A stretch of 19,656 nt of DNA from an uncultured Myxococcales bacterium (GTDB lineage: Bacteria; Myxococcota; UBA4151): the NCBI GenBank assembly GCA_964013405.1, contig CAXGWI010000060.1, positions 1 through 19,656 on the forward strand, given 5' to 3'. Under the pieces are notes generated by a model. That model had not been told where the DNA came from, did no database searches, and worked only from the letters and a program-made list of their open reading frames with translations. How positions within the stretch are numbered: position 1 is the first letter of the stretch; each line of letters opens with the position of its first letter. This document shows, one piece after another, positions 1 through 8,085 of this stretch. The position numbers and the translations under genes are program-made.

Positions 1-787
1 TGCCGTCTTCAACACTCTTTGCGGTGAAGGAGACGTAGCCCATCCAATCCAGCAGCTCCGCCACAGCGGGGGGCTCGAGAACCACGTCATAAGCTCCGAC
101 GTCGAGGTCCACCTTATGGCTCGCCGCTTTCGCCTTGAACATGGCGTCCTCAGAGAGACTCTGCAATCCGACCTGACCTGCTTGGGTAAACTGCCCGCAG
201 CGAAACCCGGAACCGGTTTGGGTCTGGGCGATAAACTGTCCATTGCCCACAGCATGGCGCTGGTTCAGGAAGCGACCATTGGCCGCCAACAAGGTCTGGC
301 TCTGCATGCTCGTACTGACGCTGCCCGCCATCACAACAGTCGCAGCTTCCGCCTGGGCAAGGACATCGTGGATGGTTTGAACTTTCCCTCCCCCTTGGCC
401 CCAATCGACGAGGGCTGGGTCGCCGAAGGACTCGTTGATGTCGGCCTGTGGGCTTGGAAGCTGATAGGGGCACGCTGGACTGCCCCCACGGCGGGCCTGG
501 GCCTCCGCTGCCCGCAGCGCTTGGTCCCGGACCCATGTTAAGCCCTCGGGGTCGCAGCGCTCCGTGGTGGCGACACCAAGATAACCGTCGACGACGGCAC
601 GGACCGTGACCGAGCGGGAACGAACCGTGTGATCGAGGACGACCTCATTGCCGCCATAACGAAGGTGGTGGGTCTCATCACTGCCAACCTGCACCTCCAG
701 CGCCGCAGAACCGGTGGTGCTGAAAGCCTGCTCAGCCAAGGCACGGTCCGCCGTAACGAGGGCTTCTAAGCGTTCCTTTGCGCTCAT
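1..787 (-). CDS. pmbA: TldE/PmbA family protein, N-terminal part (runs off the left edge; absent from the ORF track)
   Basis: Manual translation from ATG at 787, which overlaps the tldD stop (ATGA 784-787), stays open to the window edge: MSAKERLEALVTADRALAEQ...RSVTVRAVVDGYLGVATT...KVDLDVGAYDVVLEPPAVAELLDWMGYVSF. The GxYxVVLEPxAVxxLL segment is typical of TldD/PmbA proteins. No HExxxH follows it, as expected for the non-catalytic partner, and it lies directly downstream of tldD. Confidence 0.85.
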   Translation of the reverse strand, partial: MSAKERLEALVTADRALAEQAFSTTGSAALEVQVGSDETHHLRYGGNEVVLDHTVRSRSVTVRAVVDGYLGVATTERCDPEGLTWVRDQALRAAEAQARRGGSPACPYQLPSPQADINESFGDPALVDWGQGGGKVQTIHDVLAQAEAATVVMAGSVSTSMQSQTLLAANGRFLNQRHAVGNGQFIAQTQTGSGFRCGQFTQAGQVGLQSLSEDAMFKAKAASHKVDLDVGAYDVVLEPPAVAELLDWMGYVSFTAKSVEDG

Positions 788-2235
788 GATGCGCTCCTTA
801 CCTGGACGTTACGGAAACGAGCCGGAGCCACACCGTGACCCACGTGCGCTAACTGCATCGGATCGCCCTTGCCGCAGAAATACCAGCCCCAGCTGCGCCA
901 GGCCTCGGGACCACAAATCGCATCGCAACTACCCCAGAATTCTGGGGTCCGCCCGACATAGAGTGGATCCCTGTACATGGTCCCCAACCTGCCATCCTTG
1001 ATCTCCCAAGCGACCTCACAGCCAAATTGGAAGTTGAGCCGCAACTGGTCGATCGACCACGAGCGGTTGTTGGAGAGTAGAAATCCGGACTCCGTGTCCG
1101 CAATGAGATCGGCGAGGCTACCGGCAGTCCCAGGCTCCAAGTCCACGTTAGCCATCCGGTCGATGGGGTATCCGGCCCAGCCATCACTGCGAGCAGTGCC
1201 CGCAGGTTCGTACCCGGCGCGCCCCGCACTCTGCCAGCCGCTCAGATAGCCAACAAGAACGCCGTCACGCACCAAGTCACTGCGATGGGATGGTGTCCCA
1301 TCATCGTCCCAACCAAAGGATCCGAGGGCTCCCGAGCGGGTTGGGTCGCTCACAAGGTTCACAATCTCCGAACCGTAACGTGTGCCCAGTTTATCCCGCT
1401 GGGCCCAGGACCCCCCAGCCAGACTGATCTCGTCGCCCAAGACCCGATCCAACTCCAGCGGGTGCCCTACACTCTCATGGACCTGAAGCGACAGTTGGCT
1501 GCCGTGAAGGATGATGGTGGCGGTCTGCTCAGGCATCGGTGGTGCGGCCGTCAGTAAGCCAGCCTCCACGCCCACACGGTCACAGTGACCGAGCAGGTCG
1601 AGCCCTTCCACCACTTCCCATCCGCCCTGGAGGATCTCCCCCTCGTGACTCTTGGGATAGGAACGAGACTGAGTGCGTCCATCGTCCCCACGGGCGATGG
1701 CCTGGATTCCGCCGCCGCAGCAGGTTTGCACTTGGTCAAAGGAGAGCCCGTCGGTGGCTCGCACTCGGGTCGCGTTGCGCTGAGTGACAAGCTGGCTCTC
1801 CGTCGCGATGACTCGTGACTCGGCCTGAGCCATACGCTCGTTGGCGCTCAACAACAGACCGTACTTTTCATCGAGGTCGATAGCGAAGGGATCTTTGGCG
1901 ACCGGTGTCTGCCATTGCCCGCCCTCGGTGGTGCGGGGGTACAGGGAACGAGGCTTTGCGCCTCGGGCGACTCGCTGCCGAGCGTTGTCCACTGCCCGCT
2001 CAACCAACGCATCCATCGCTCGCTCGCCGGAGACAACGCCGGCTGCAGAGCCCCAGACTCCGTCGACCACGGCGCGCACACAGTAGCCCTGCTCATCCGT
2101 CTGCTGATGGTTGTCGATTCGCTCGCCCCGGGCCGTAATCCATTCCGTACGCCGGTCCACGGAGCGTACATCACCAAAATCGAGACCCTCGCCATCGAGT
2201 CGAGACAGGGCGCGATCGAGAAGTCGGTCGGACAT
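784..2235 (-). CDS. tldD: TldD family metalloprotease
   Basis: HESVGHPLELDR zinc motif (HExxxH), GSFGWDDDG, LVRDGVLVGYL, PIDRMANVDLEPG and C-terminal CGKGDP. Start moved to ATG 2235 (MSDRLL), which has a GGAG RBS upstream; the ORF track start at 2262 is less likely. Confidence 0.93.
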   Translation of the reverse strand: MSDRLLDRALSRLDGEGLDFGDVRSVDRRTEWITARGERIDNHQQTDEQGYCVRAVVDGVWGSAAGVVSGERAMDALVERAVDNARQRVARGAKPRSLYPRTTEGGQWQTPVAKDPFAIDLDEKYGLLLSANERMAQAESRVIATESQLVTQRNATRVRATDGLSFDQVQTCCGGGIQAIARGDDGRTQSRSYPKSHEGEILQGGWEVVEGLDLLGHCDRVGVEAGLLTAAPPMPEQTATIILHGSQLSLQVHESVGHPLELDRVLGDEISLAGGSWAQRDKLGTRYGSEIVNLVSDPTRSGALGSFGWDDDGTPSHRSDLVRDGVLVGYLSGWQSAGRAGYEPAGTARSDGWAGYPIDRMANVDLEPGTAGSLADLIADTESGFLLSNNRSWSIDQLRLNFQFGCEVAWEIKDGRLGTMYRDPLYVGRTPEFWGSCDAICGPEAWRSWGWYFCGKGDPMQLAHVGHGVAPARFRNVQVRSAS

Positions 2236-2319
2236 GCTGTTTCTCCGAGCCTTCCATGGCACAGGGGCTTGCTTTGTTCATTCCTTTTCCGCCATTCAAG
2301 AGCCGCCAGGAGGCATTGC

Positions 2320-3018
2320 ATGCTTAAAGATATTCTGAATCGCTTAGAAGAAACCCCGGGCGCCGGCGTGGTCTTCGATCTGGACTCTACCCTCTTCGAC
2401 AATGGGCCTCGAACGTGGCGCATTCTTTCGGAGTTTGCGCGCCACGAGCGGCGGGACCTGATCGAACCCATGCAGAAGTTGCAACGCCACCGCCTGCCCT
2501 ACGACCTTCGAGCCATCTGTGATCTCGCCGTTCCCGGTGAGGGCGCAGCCATCGCAGCTGAAGCGAAGGACTTCTGGGCGAAGCGGTTCTTCAGTGAGGA
2601 CTACATCGATTTCGACGAACCCATCACCGGGGCCGTGGAGTTCGTCCAGGCCTGCCACCGCCGACGTGCTCGCGTCATCTATCTCACGGGCCGTGACGTC
2701 CCCGGCATGATTATCGGCACCAGTCGCAGCCTGAGAAACTGGGGCTTCCCCATCGGTGTGGCGGGCACGGAGTTGGTTCTAAAGCCCCGCTTTGACATGC
2801 CCGATCCCGAGTTCAAGGCCGAGGCGATTCGAAGCATCAACACGCACACCCCCAACGTCGTGGCGACCTTCGAGAATGAAGCCAAGAATTCCTTGGCCTT
2901 CCGCGAGATCTGGCCTGATGCCGTTCACTTGTTGTTGGAGACCAACTGGGACCCCAGGCACCCGGCGGAACTCCGAGACAGTTTTGAGAAGATCCACGAC
3001 TTTCGCTTGGGGACCTGA
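2320..3018 (+). CDS. HAD superfamily hydrolase (putative phosphatase)
   Basis: Motif I VVFDLDSTLFD, motif II IYLTGR, Lys in PEFKA and an acidic motif-IV-like ATFENE. AGGAGG RBS at 2308-2313 precedes ATG 2320. The ORF-track extension back to 1915 is antisense to tldD. Confidence 0.85.
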   Translation: MLKDILNRLEETPGAGVVFDLDSTLFDNGPRTWRILSEFARHERRDLIEPMQKLQRHRLPYDLRAICDLAVPGEGAAIAAEAKDFWAKRFFSEDYIDFDEPITGAVEFVQACHRRRARVIYLTGRDVPGMIIGTSRSLRNWGFPIGVAGTELVLKPRFDMPDPEFKAEAIRSINTHTPNVVATFENEAKNSLAFREIWPDAVHLLLETNWDPRHPAELRDSFEKIHDFRLGT

Positions 3019-4056
3019 TTGAGGCGCTGGATCCGGTCAGTGGCGGTGCGTTGGCTGCTGCTTGTCCCGCTCTGCGCCGCGTGCAGCGCGGAGGATATCG
3101 AAGCCTACGACCCGAGCCACCCCAAAGACCAGCTGCTGCGGATGAACCACCTGCAGGCCATGGGCACCCACAACAGCTATCATCAACTCCCGCCGGGAGG
3201 TGCAGATACCTTTTGGGATTACGATCACCTCCCCTTGGATCAGCAATTAAACGATCAGGGGGTCCGGAAGTTTGAGTTGGATCTGTATTGGGACCGAGAA
3301 GCAGGCACCTTCGAGGTCTATCACGTCCCGGTCGTCGACCGCTGGACCGTCTGCGAGACCTTCCGTCTGTGCCTCAGCCAGATCCAAGGCTGGTCGGAGG
3401 AACATCCCGGACATCACCCCCTCTTCATTATGATTGAACCCAAGGAAAGCGATCTCGATGAAACGGCTGCTGCGTTATGGATTGATCACCTTGAGCAAAG
3501 GATCTCTGCGGTCATCCCCCGGGACCACATCATTACCCCTGATGAGGTCCAAGGCGATGCAGCAAGCCTGCGCGATGCGGTGACTGGAACCGGTTGGCCT
3601 CTGCTCGGTCAGGTTCGGGGCCGAGTCCTCTTTTGGGTCAATACCAGCGGGGTGATCCGTCGAGTCCTCGATCGGGATGGGCAGGATCTCTCCGGCCGCC
3701 TCGTGTTTGCCGAAAGCGACCTCAATACACCGGTGGGTTCCATCACCAACTACAACACGCCCACCGAAGCGAATCTTGCCGAAATCCAAGCGGCGGTGGC
3801 TCAAGGATTTATCATTCGCAGTCGTGCCGACGCGGACCCGATGGATGTCCTCGCTGGGCGGATCGAGCCACGCCGGAGTCACGCGCTCGACAGCGGTGCT
3901 CACTTGCTCAGCACAGACTTTCCCGGTGACCATCCACGAACCGACTATGTCTTTCGGATGCCTGAGGGCAGTCCGAGCCGATGCAATCCCGTCAACGGGC
4001 CGGCCGACTGCAGGCCCAACGATATTGAAGATCCAGTGCGCCTGAGCGCGCCATGA
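3019..4056 (+). CDS. Phosphoinositide-specific phospholipase C-like phosphodiesterase (bacterial Ca2+-dependent PI-PLC family), predicted lipoprotein
   Basis: GTHNSYH, GVRKFELD, VYHVP, HPGHHPLFIMIEPK, TPDEV, GWP...RGRVLF and SGAHLLSTDFP match this PLC-like TIM-barrel family. The N-terminus is basic then hydrophobic and ends in lipobox-like LCAAC. TTG start directly follows the HAD stop; the exact start is uncertain. Confidence 0.85.
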   Translation: MRRWIRSVAVRWLLLVPLCAACSAEDIEAYDPSHPKDQLLRMNHLQAMGTHNSYHQLPPGGADTFWDYDHLPLDQQLNDQGVRKFELDLYWDREAGTFEVYHVPVVDRWTVCETFRLCLSQIQGWSEEHPGHHPLFIMIEPKESDLDETAAALWIDHLEQRISAVIPRDHIITPDEVQGDAASLRDAVTGTGWPLLGQVRGRVLFWVNTSGVIRRVLDRDGQDLSGRLVFAESDLNTPVGSITNYNTPTEANLAEIQAAVAQGFIIRSRADADPMDVLAGRIEPRRSHALDSGAHLLSTDFPGDHPRTDYVFRMPEGSPSRCNPVNGPADCRPNDIEDPVRLSAP

Positions 4057-6077
4057 GCAGACCCACGCTCGCTCAAGAGCAGATCAAACGCTTAGAGCAA
4101 CTCTGCCGATGGGATGAGCCGGCGCTGATCGCCCAAGGGAATGCGCTGGCAGAGAGTCTTCTGGGCCAGGCCTGGATCGATCGATGCGCGGACGAGCTGC
4201 TGGCCCAGAGCACGCGCAACGACATGGAATCGCTGAAGCTCAACTTTCAGCTCGCTGAGGAACTACAAAGGGACGAACCCGACCATCAAAAGTGCCTCCG
4301 CATACTCCCGAAGCTACGAACAAATCCGACCCTTGCGAGACAACTTCTACTCGATTGGCCCCGCGCAGGCAGCTACACCCCTCCCAGCTATGACCTGGGC
4401 TGGCACTTGGTCAATGCCGGGCTCTACCAGCTCCAGCAACTGGGGGATCCAAGCCTCTTCGACGACCTGCTTGAGGGCATCGAAGTCTCACCGCAGGCCG
4501 ACGGCTTTGTCATCGACCCCGAGCGCTGTCTGCTGCCGGTCGCAGAGGGCTTCGAGATCCTGATTCAGCACGAAATCCGGGGCATTGTGGGCTTCGCACC
4601 GGCCTCCAGCGAACGGGCCGTCAGGCTACGCTCTGGGATGAAGCGTCTCACTATCGACGCCAGGTATGATGGCTACAAATGGGAACGAGAGTTCCCGGTC
4701 GACTGCAATCCGCTGGCGAATTTCGACAAGCTGTCGAGCTTGGAGGTTTGCCACGCTCTCCCCCTTCTCAACTGGTCGGCCCTCGACCACTGCGACCGAC
4801 TCCAAGACACCAGCTTCACAAACTGCCACCTTCCCTGGACGAAAAAACCTAACTGGAACCTTCGTGAGTTGCGTGCCGCTCTTGACGGACAAGAGCTTCT
4901 GCCGCCCTCGTGGGCACCCGATGACTACATCTGCCTTGAGACCGGCCGTCGGCTCTACATCAGCCGACGGTATGATGGCTTCGATGCCGCAGCGGAGCCC
5001 CCCGCCCCTCCTGAGCTCGGTTTTGCGACGGACAGCCTCGAAGCGAGAATGCTAAGGCGGCTCCTCTCGGGACGGCGGGCCCAACGAAGGGATGGATTGG
5101 CCTTGGCCCGGACCCATCCCGACACGAGTCGCCGGGTGATCTGGGCTGAGGTGGATCGCCTCGAAGATTGGGGGTATTTCCCACGCTTTAAAGCCCCCCA
5201 TACCCCCCTCGTGCGCAATGAGATTAACGAAGAGATTCTCGAGCTCGTTCTCGCCCGGGATGCCGAGACCTTTGCGGGATTAGAGACGTTTCGAATGGAG
5301 TGCCCTTGGCTCGAGTCCCTCGATTTCCTCCAATTCCTCCCGAACCTTCGAGCTCTGGAACTGAAATCCTGTGCCGCCTTGGAGAACGTGTCTGCTTTCG
5401 AGTTTGCCAAGAATCTGCGGCATCTCGACTTGAGTGGAACTGCGGCCCTTCGCAGTCTCGCCGGCCTGGAATCTTGCCAGGCACTGCTGAGTTGTCGCCT
5501 CACGCCCGATCAACCACTCGATGACCTCAGAGCCCTCGCTTCCCTCGATGAACTGCGGCGGCTCGCCTTCCCCTGGAACACGTTCACTGACCTCAAGGGC
5601 CTACCCCACGGCCTTCGACTGGACCGGTTCGATCTGAACGATTGCCGGTCCCTGGAGCGCCTGGCCGGAATCGAGCGGATCCAAGCCTCCGACGCCCGTC
5701 AACCGCTCCGGGTGAACCTGAGGGATTGCACGCAACTTCGCGATGTCACCGGACTGGGTGGGGAACTCACGAACGTTCACGTCAACCTGGCAAACTGCAG
5801 TTCTCTTGTGACCTTAAGCGGACTGGAGCAGGCCAAAAACCTAGAAAAGCTGCTGCTGATCTTCGTCGGCTGCGATGCCCTGGAGGACATCAGCGCACTC
5901 AACCACCTGCCAAAGCTCCGCAAGCTCCATCTCAACCTGGCCGATCTCGACCAGGCTCCAACGCTCATCGATCGCCTTACACTGGGCGAGGGGGTCAAAG
6001 TCGTCGTCGAGGAGCGCTTTAGCTTCCGCCAATACCCATTTGCTTCGTCGGGACCGATCGCCTGGGACGGTGACTAG
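4053..6077 (+). CDS. Leucine-rich repeat protein with an unrecognised N-terminal region
   Basis: The C-terminal ~260 aa hold about 9-10 LRRs (LPNLRALELKSCAALENV, KNLRHLDLSGTAALRSL, LRVNLRDCTQLRDV, VHVNLANCSSLVTL). ATGA overlap with the PLC stop. No signal peptide visible. Confidence 0.8.
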   Translation: MSRPTLAQEQIKRLEQLCRWDEPALIAQGNALAESLLGQAWIDRCADELLAQSTRNDMESLKLNFQLAEELQRDEPDHQKCLRILPKLRTNPTLARQLLLDWPRAGSYTPPSYDLGWHLVNAGLYQLQQLGDPSLFDDLLEGIEVSPQADGFVIDPERCLLPVAEGFEILIQHEIRGIVGFAPASSERAVRLRSGMKRLTIDARYDGYKWEREFPVDCNPLANFDKLSSLEVCHALPLLNWSALDHCDRLQDTSFTNCHLPWTKKPNWNLRELRAALDGQELLPPSWAPDDYICLETGRRLYISRRYDGFDAAAEPPAPPELGFATDSLEARMLRRLLSGRRAQRRDGLALARTHPDTSRRVIWAEVDRLEDWGYFPRFKAPHTPLVRNEINEEILELVLARDAETFAGLETFRMECPWLESLDFLQFLPNLRALELKSCAALENVSAFEFAKNLRHLDLSGTAALRSLAGLESCQALLSCRLTPDQPLDDLRALASLDELRRLAFPWNTFTDLKGLPHGLRLDRFDLNDCRSLERLAGIERIQASDARQPLRVNLRDCTQLRDVTGLGGELTNVHVNLANCSSLVTLSGLEQAKNLEKLLLIFVGCDALEDISALNHLPKLRKLHLNLADLDQAPTLIDRLTLGEGVKVVVEERFSFRQYPFASSGPIAWDGD

Positions 6078-7522
6078 AACCGGAAGGTGAGGCCTGCACC
6101 CACGTAGTTACCTCGTTCGGCACTGTGACCGCCGAGACCGTAGAACTCCAAGTTCCCTTTCTTGTAGCCGGCGGACAGCTCGGCTCCCGTCGTTCCCGTA
6201 TTCAGGTTTCGATTCAAACTGCCCCGATAGGTCCACTCGCCTCGGCTCAGCAGAAGATCGGCGCTGCCTTTTGTGAGGTCACCGCCGGGCCCCACTTCAA
6301 CGCTACCACCCAGATTGAGCGACCGGGCCGACAGACTGCTCTCGCCGCTGACCTTGTACCGGGCTGATAAACGGGCCGACTCCAGGTCGAAGTTTCGGTC
6401 CCACTTGCTCTTACCATCGAGGGTGAGGCCCTCGTTGCTGTAGCGACCAGATAGACGGTAACGGTCGATCGAGCCATCGGCAGCCAGATCGGTCCCAAGG
6501 CCGATGCGACTGTGCTCAGGCCGGAAGGTCAGGTCGAGGGCCGTCGACTTATGAGCCCCCTCTCCATCAAGCTTGCTCTTGGCAGCGAAATCCATGCCGT
6601 CGGTACTGAGCTTGGCGCCGACTTCGTGTTCGAAGACCTCCAAGCCGTGAGTGTACTTCTTCGCCGTCGTCGCGGCATTAAGATTCAACTTCAGGTCGTC
6701 GCCCAGCTGCCGATCCACGCTGGTCCGTGCCCGTAGCCGAGTCATCTCTAACTCACCGAGTGTCCCCCCCTTAAAGGTCGCGTTGACACCCACTTTCGCC
6801 TTCGTGTTGTCACCGAGGTCCGTTCGATATTCGAGGTCACTGTTGATGTGCACATCGGTCGCTTTGGCACCCCAACTCGCCTTGGCCTTCGCCACGAGAG
6901 CGTCATCGAAGAAGGTCTTCTTGAACTCGGGTTTAATCCCCAAATCTTTGAGGAAATCGGAGCCATCTTGATAGGCCTTGTAGCCAATCCCCGCAGCCAG
7001 ACCTGCAGCCAAGCCGTAGTAAGCACCCGGATGGGCTTCCTTGAACTGCTTCGCCATTCTTGAAGCGAGTTCGCTGCCATAAGGGGCCAGTTCCTTGATG
7101 GGCTTGTCACCCAGTGCGTCGACGTTCTCGACGCCCCGGCGGCGCAGGAAGCCCTTGGCTTGTTCGGCCATTTTCGGGCTCAGCGCGTTCAAGGGGAGAT
7201 TCTGGAACAGTTCCTTGGTGGCATCCTGCATCGCTTGGGCCTGATCGGCGCTCATGGCGTCGCCAGATCGAACGGGGCTGTTGCCCCGGGCGAGGCTCTC
7301 AGCGTCGTGATTGAGAATCTTTCGCACCTTGTTCTGGTAGGCATCCAGGGCCTTGCGGGCCTGGGGGTGGGTGGTTTTGATACCACCGACGAACTCGTCT
7401 CCGAAGGTAGCCGGGCTGCGTGCCCCGCTTTCGGTCCCCGAACTCGACCGATCCCGGTTCGGTTGACCCGACTCGGTGATCGGCTGACGGGGAGTGGATG
7501 ATCCCGTTGGACGTATAGGCAT
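6074..7522 (-). CDS. Hypothetical protein: low-complexity N-terminus, helical middle with glycine zipper, C-terminal beta-barrel-like region
   Basis: Long ORF with GGAGG RBS (7529-7533) before ATG 7522 (MPIRPTGSS). The C-terminal ~285 aa show alternating hydrophobic/polar segments and end in NYVGAGLTFRF. Confidence 0.75.
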   Translation of the reverse strand: MPIRPTGSSTPRQPITESGQPNRDRSSSGTESGARSPATFGDEFVGGIKTTHPQARKALDAYQNKVRKILNHDAESLARGNSPVRSGDAMSADQAQAMQDATKELFQNLPLNALSPKMAEQAKGFLRRRGVENVDALGDKPIKELAPYGSELASRMAKQFKEAHPGAYYGLAAGLAAGIGYKAYQDGSDFLKDLGIKPEFKKTFFDDALVAKAKASWGAKATDVHINSDLEYRTDLGDNTKAKVGVNATFKGGTLGELEMTRLRARTSVDRQLGDDLKLNLNAATTAKKYTHGLEVFEHEVGAKLSTDGMDFAAKSKLDGEGAHKSTALDLTFRPEHSRIGLGTDLAADGSIDRYRLSGRYSNEGLTLDGKSKWDRNFDLESARLSARYKVSGESSLSARSLNLGGSVEVGPGGDLTKGSADLLLSRGEWTYRGSLNRNLNTGTTGAELSAGYKKGNLEFYGLGGHSAERGNYVGAGLTFRF

Positions 7523-7542
7523 GGACACCTCCGGCAGCTACC

Positions 7543-7576
7543 TTATCGGACATTTGAGCGATACGGTGTTAAATTT
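7543..7576 (-). promoter_or_regulatory. Possible sigma28/FliA-like promoter
   Basis: Minus strand reads AAATTTAAC-accgtatcgctcaaatg-TCCGATAA, ending 20 nt before ATG 7522. The -10 box matches GCCGATAA at 7/8. The TAAA-like -35 is 2-3 nt further away than the canonical 15 nt. Confidence 0.4.
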
Positions 7577-7587
7577 TCTGCTGCCGC

Positions 7588-8085
7588 TTATCGAGTCCGA
7601 ACCCGACCTCGCACGGGGCCCTGCAATTCCAGGTTCTCAAAAGCCTCATCGGCCACCGCGCCGCCCTCGGCCACCAACTGATGACCATCACCGGCAAAGA
7701 CAGCTGGCCCGGACAGGCTGACCATCCCCGGCCCAGAGTAATAATCGAGCCGGGGTGTTGTGAACCGTCGGCCATCGGGCATGACACCCTTCACCTTACC
7801 CCACATCTGTAGGTTCCGGCCCGACAGCTCGGCCCGCTCACTGCGGAGGACAACGCGCCGGCGCATCAACTCCACGGTCACCCCCGTCAGGGACTGACGC
7901 TCGCCATCCCGGTCCCCGGAGAAGCTCACGGCCCGCAGCCGGGCAAAGACCTTGCCGTCGCGGGGGTTGTGGAGCTCGGTCTTGAGGGCATTGCCCACAA
8001 CCTCTGGCTCGTTGCCATCCACAGCCACGGGAACCGGAGCCTCCGGCGCACAGGCCACAAGTCCTAAGCAGAGCAGGCCTCTCAT
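7588..8085 (-). CDS. LptC/OstA-like beta-jellyroll protein, predicted lipoprotein
   Basis: Short signal with lipobox LVAC, followed by short beta-strands with LptC-like motifs ([37 protein letters not shown]). ATGA overlap with the POT stop (8082-8085). Confidence 0.6.
   Translation of the reverse strand: MRGLLCLGLVACAPEAPVPVAVDGNEPEVVGNALKTELHNPRDGKVFARLRAVSFSGDRDGERQSLTGVTVELMRRRVVLRSERAELSGRNLQMWGKVKGVMPDGRRFTTPRLDYYSGPGMVSLSGPAVFAGDGHQLVAEGGAVADEAFENLELQGPVRGRVRTR

Noticed and set aside
116..744. Short ORFs 116..541, 150..536 and 538..744
   Set aside because: Shadows of the real tldE/pmbA frame, which the track missed because its stop is outside the window.
1..2235. TldDE as part of a RiPP/microcin cluster
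   Set aside because: No precursor peptide, YcaO or other modifying enzyme is visible. TldDE pairs are common stand-alone genes, though the left flank is unseen.
1915..2319. N-terminal extension of the HAD ORF in the ORF track
   Set aside because: It overlaps tldD in antisense. The AGGAGG RBS and motif I position support ATG 2320.
2236..2319. Divergent sigma70 promoters between tldD and HAD
   Set aside because: Promoters are likely here, but the candidate hexamers (e.g. TTGTTC-N17-CAAGAG) are too weak to call.
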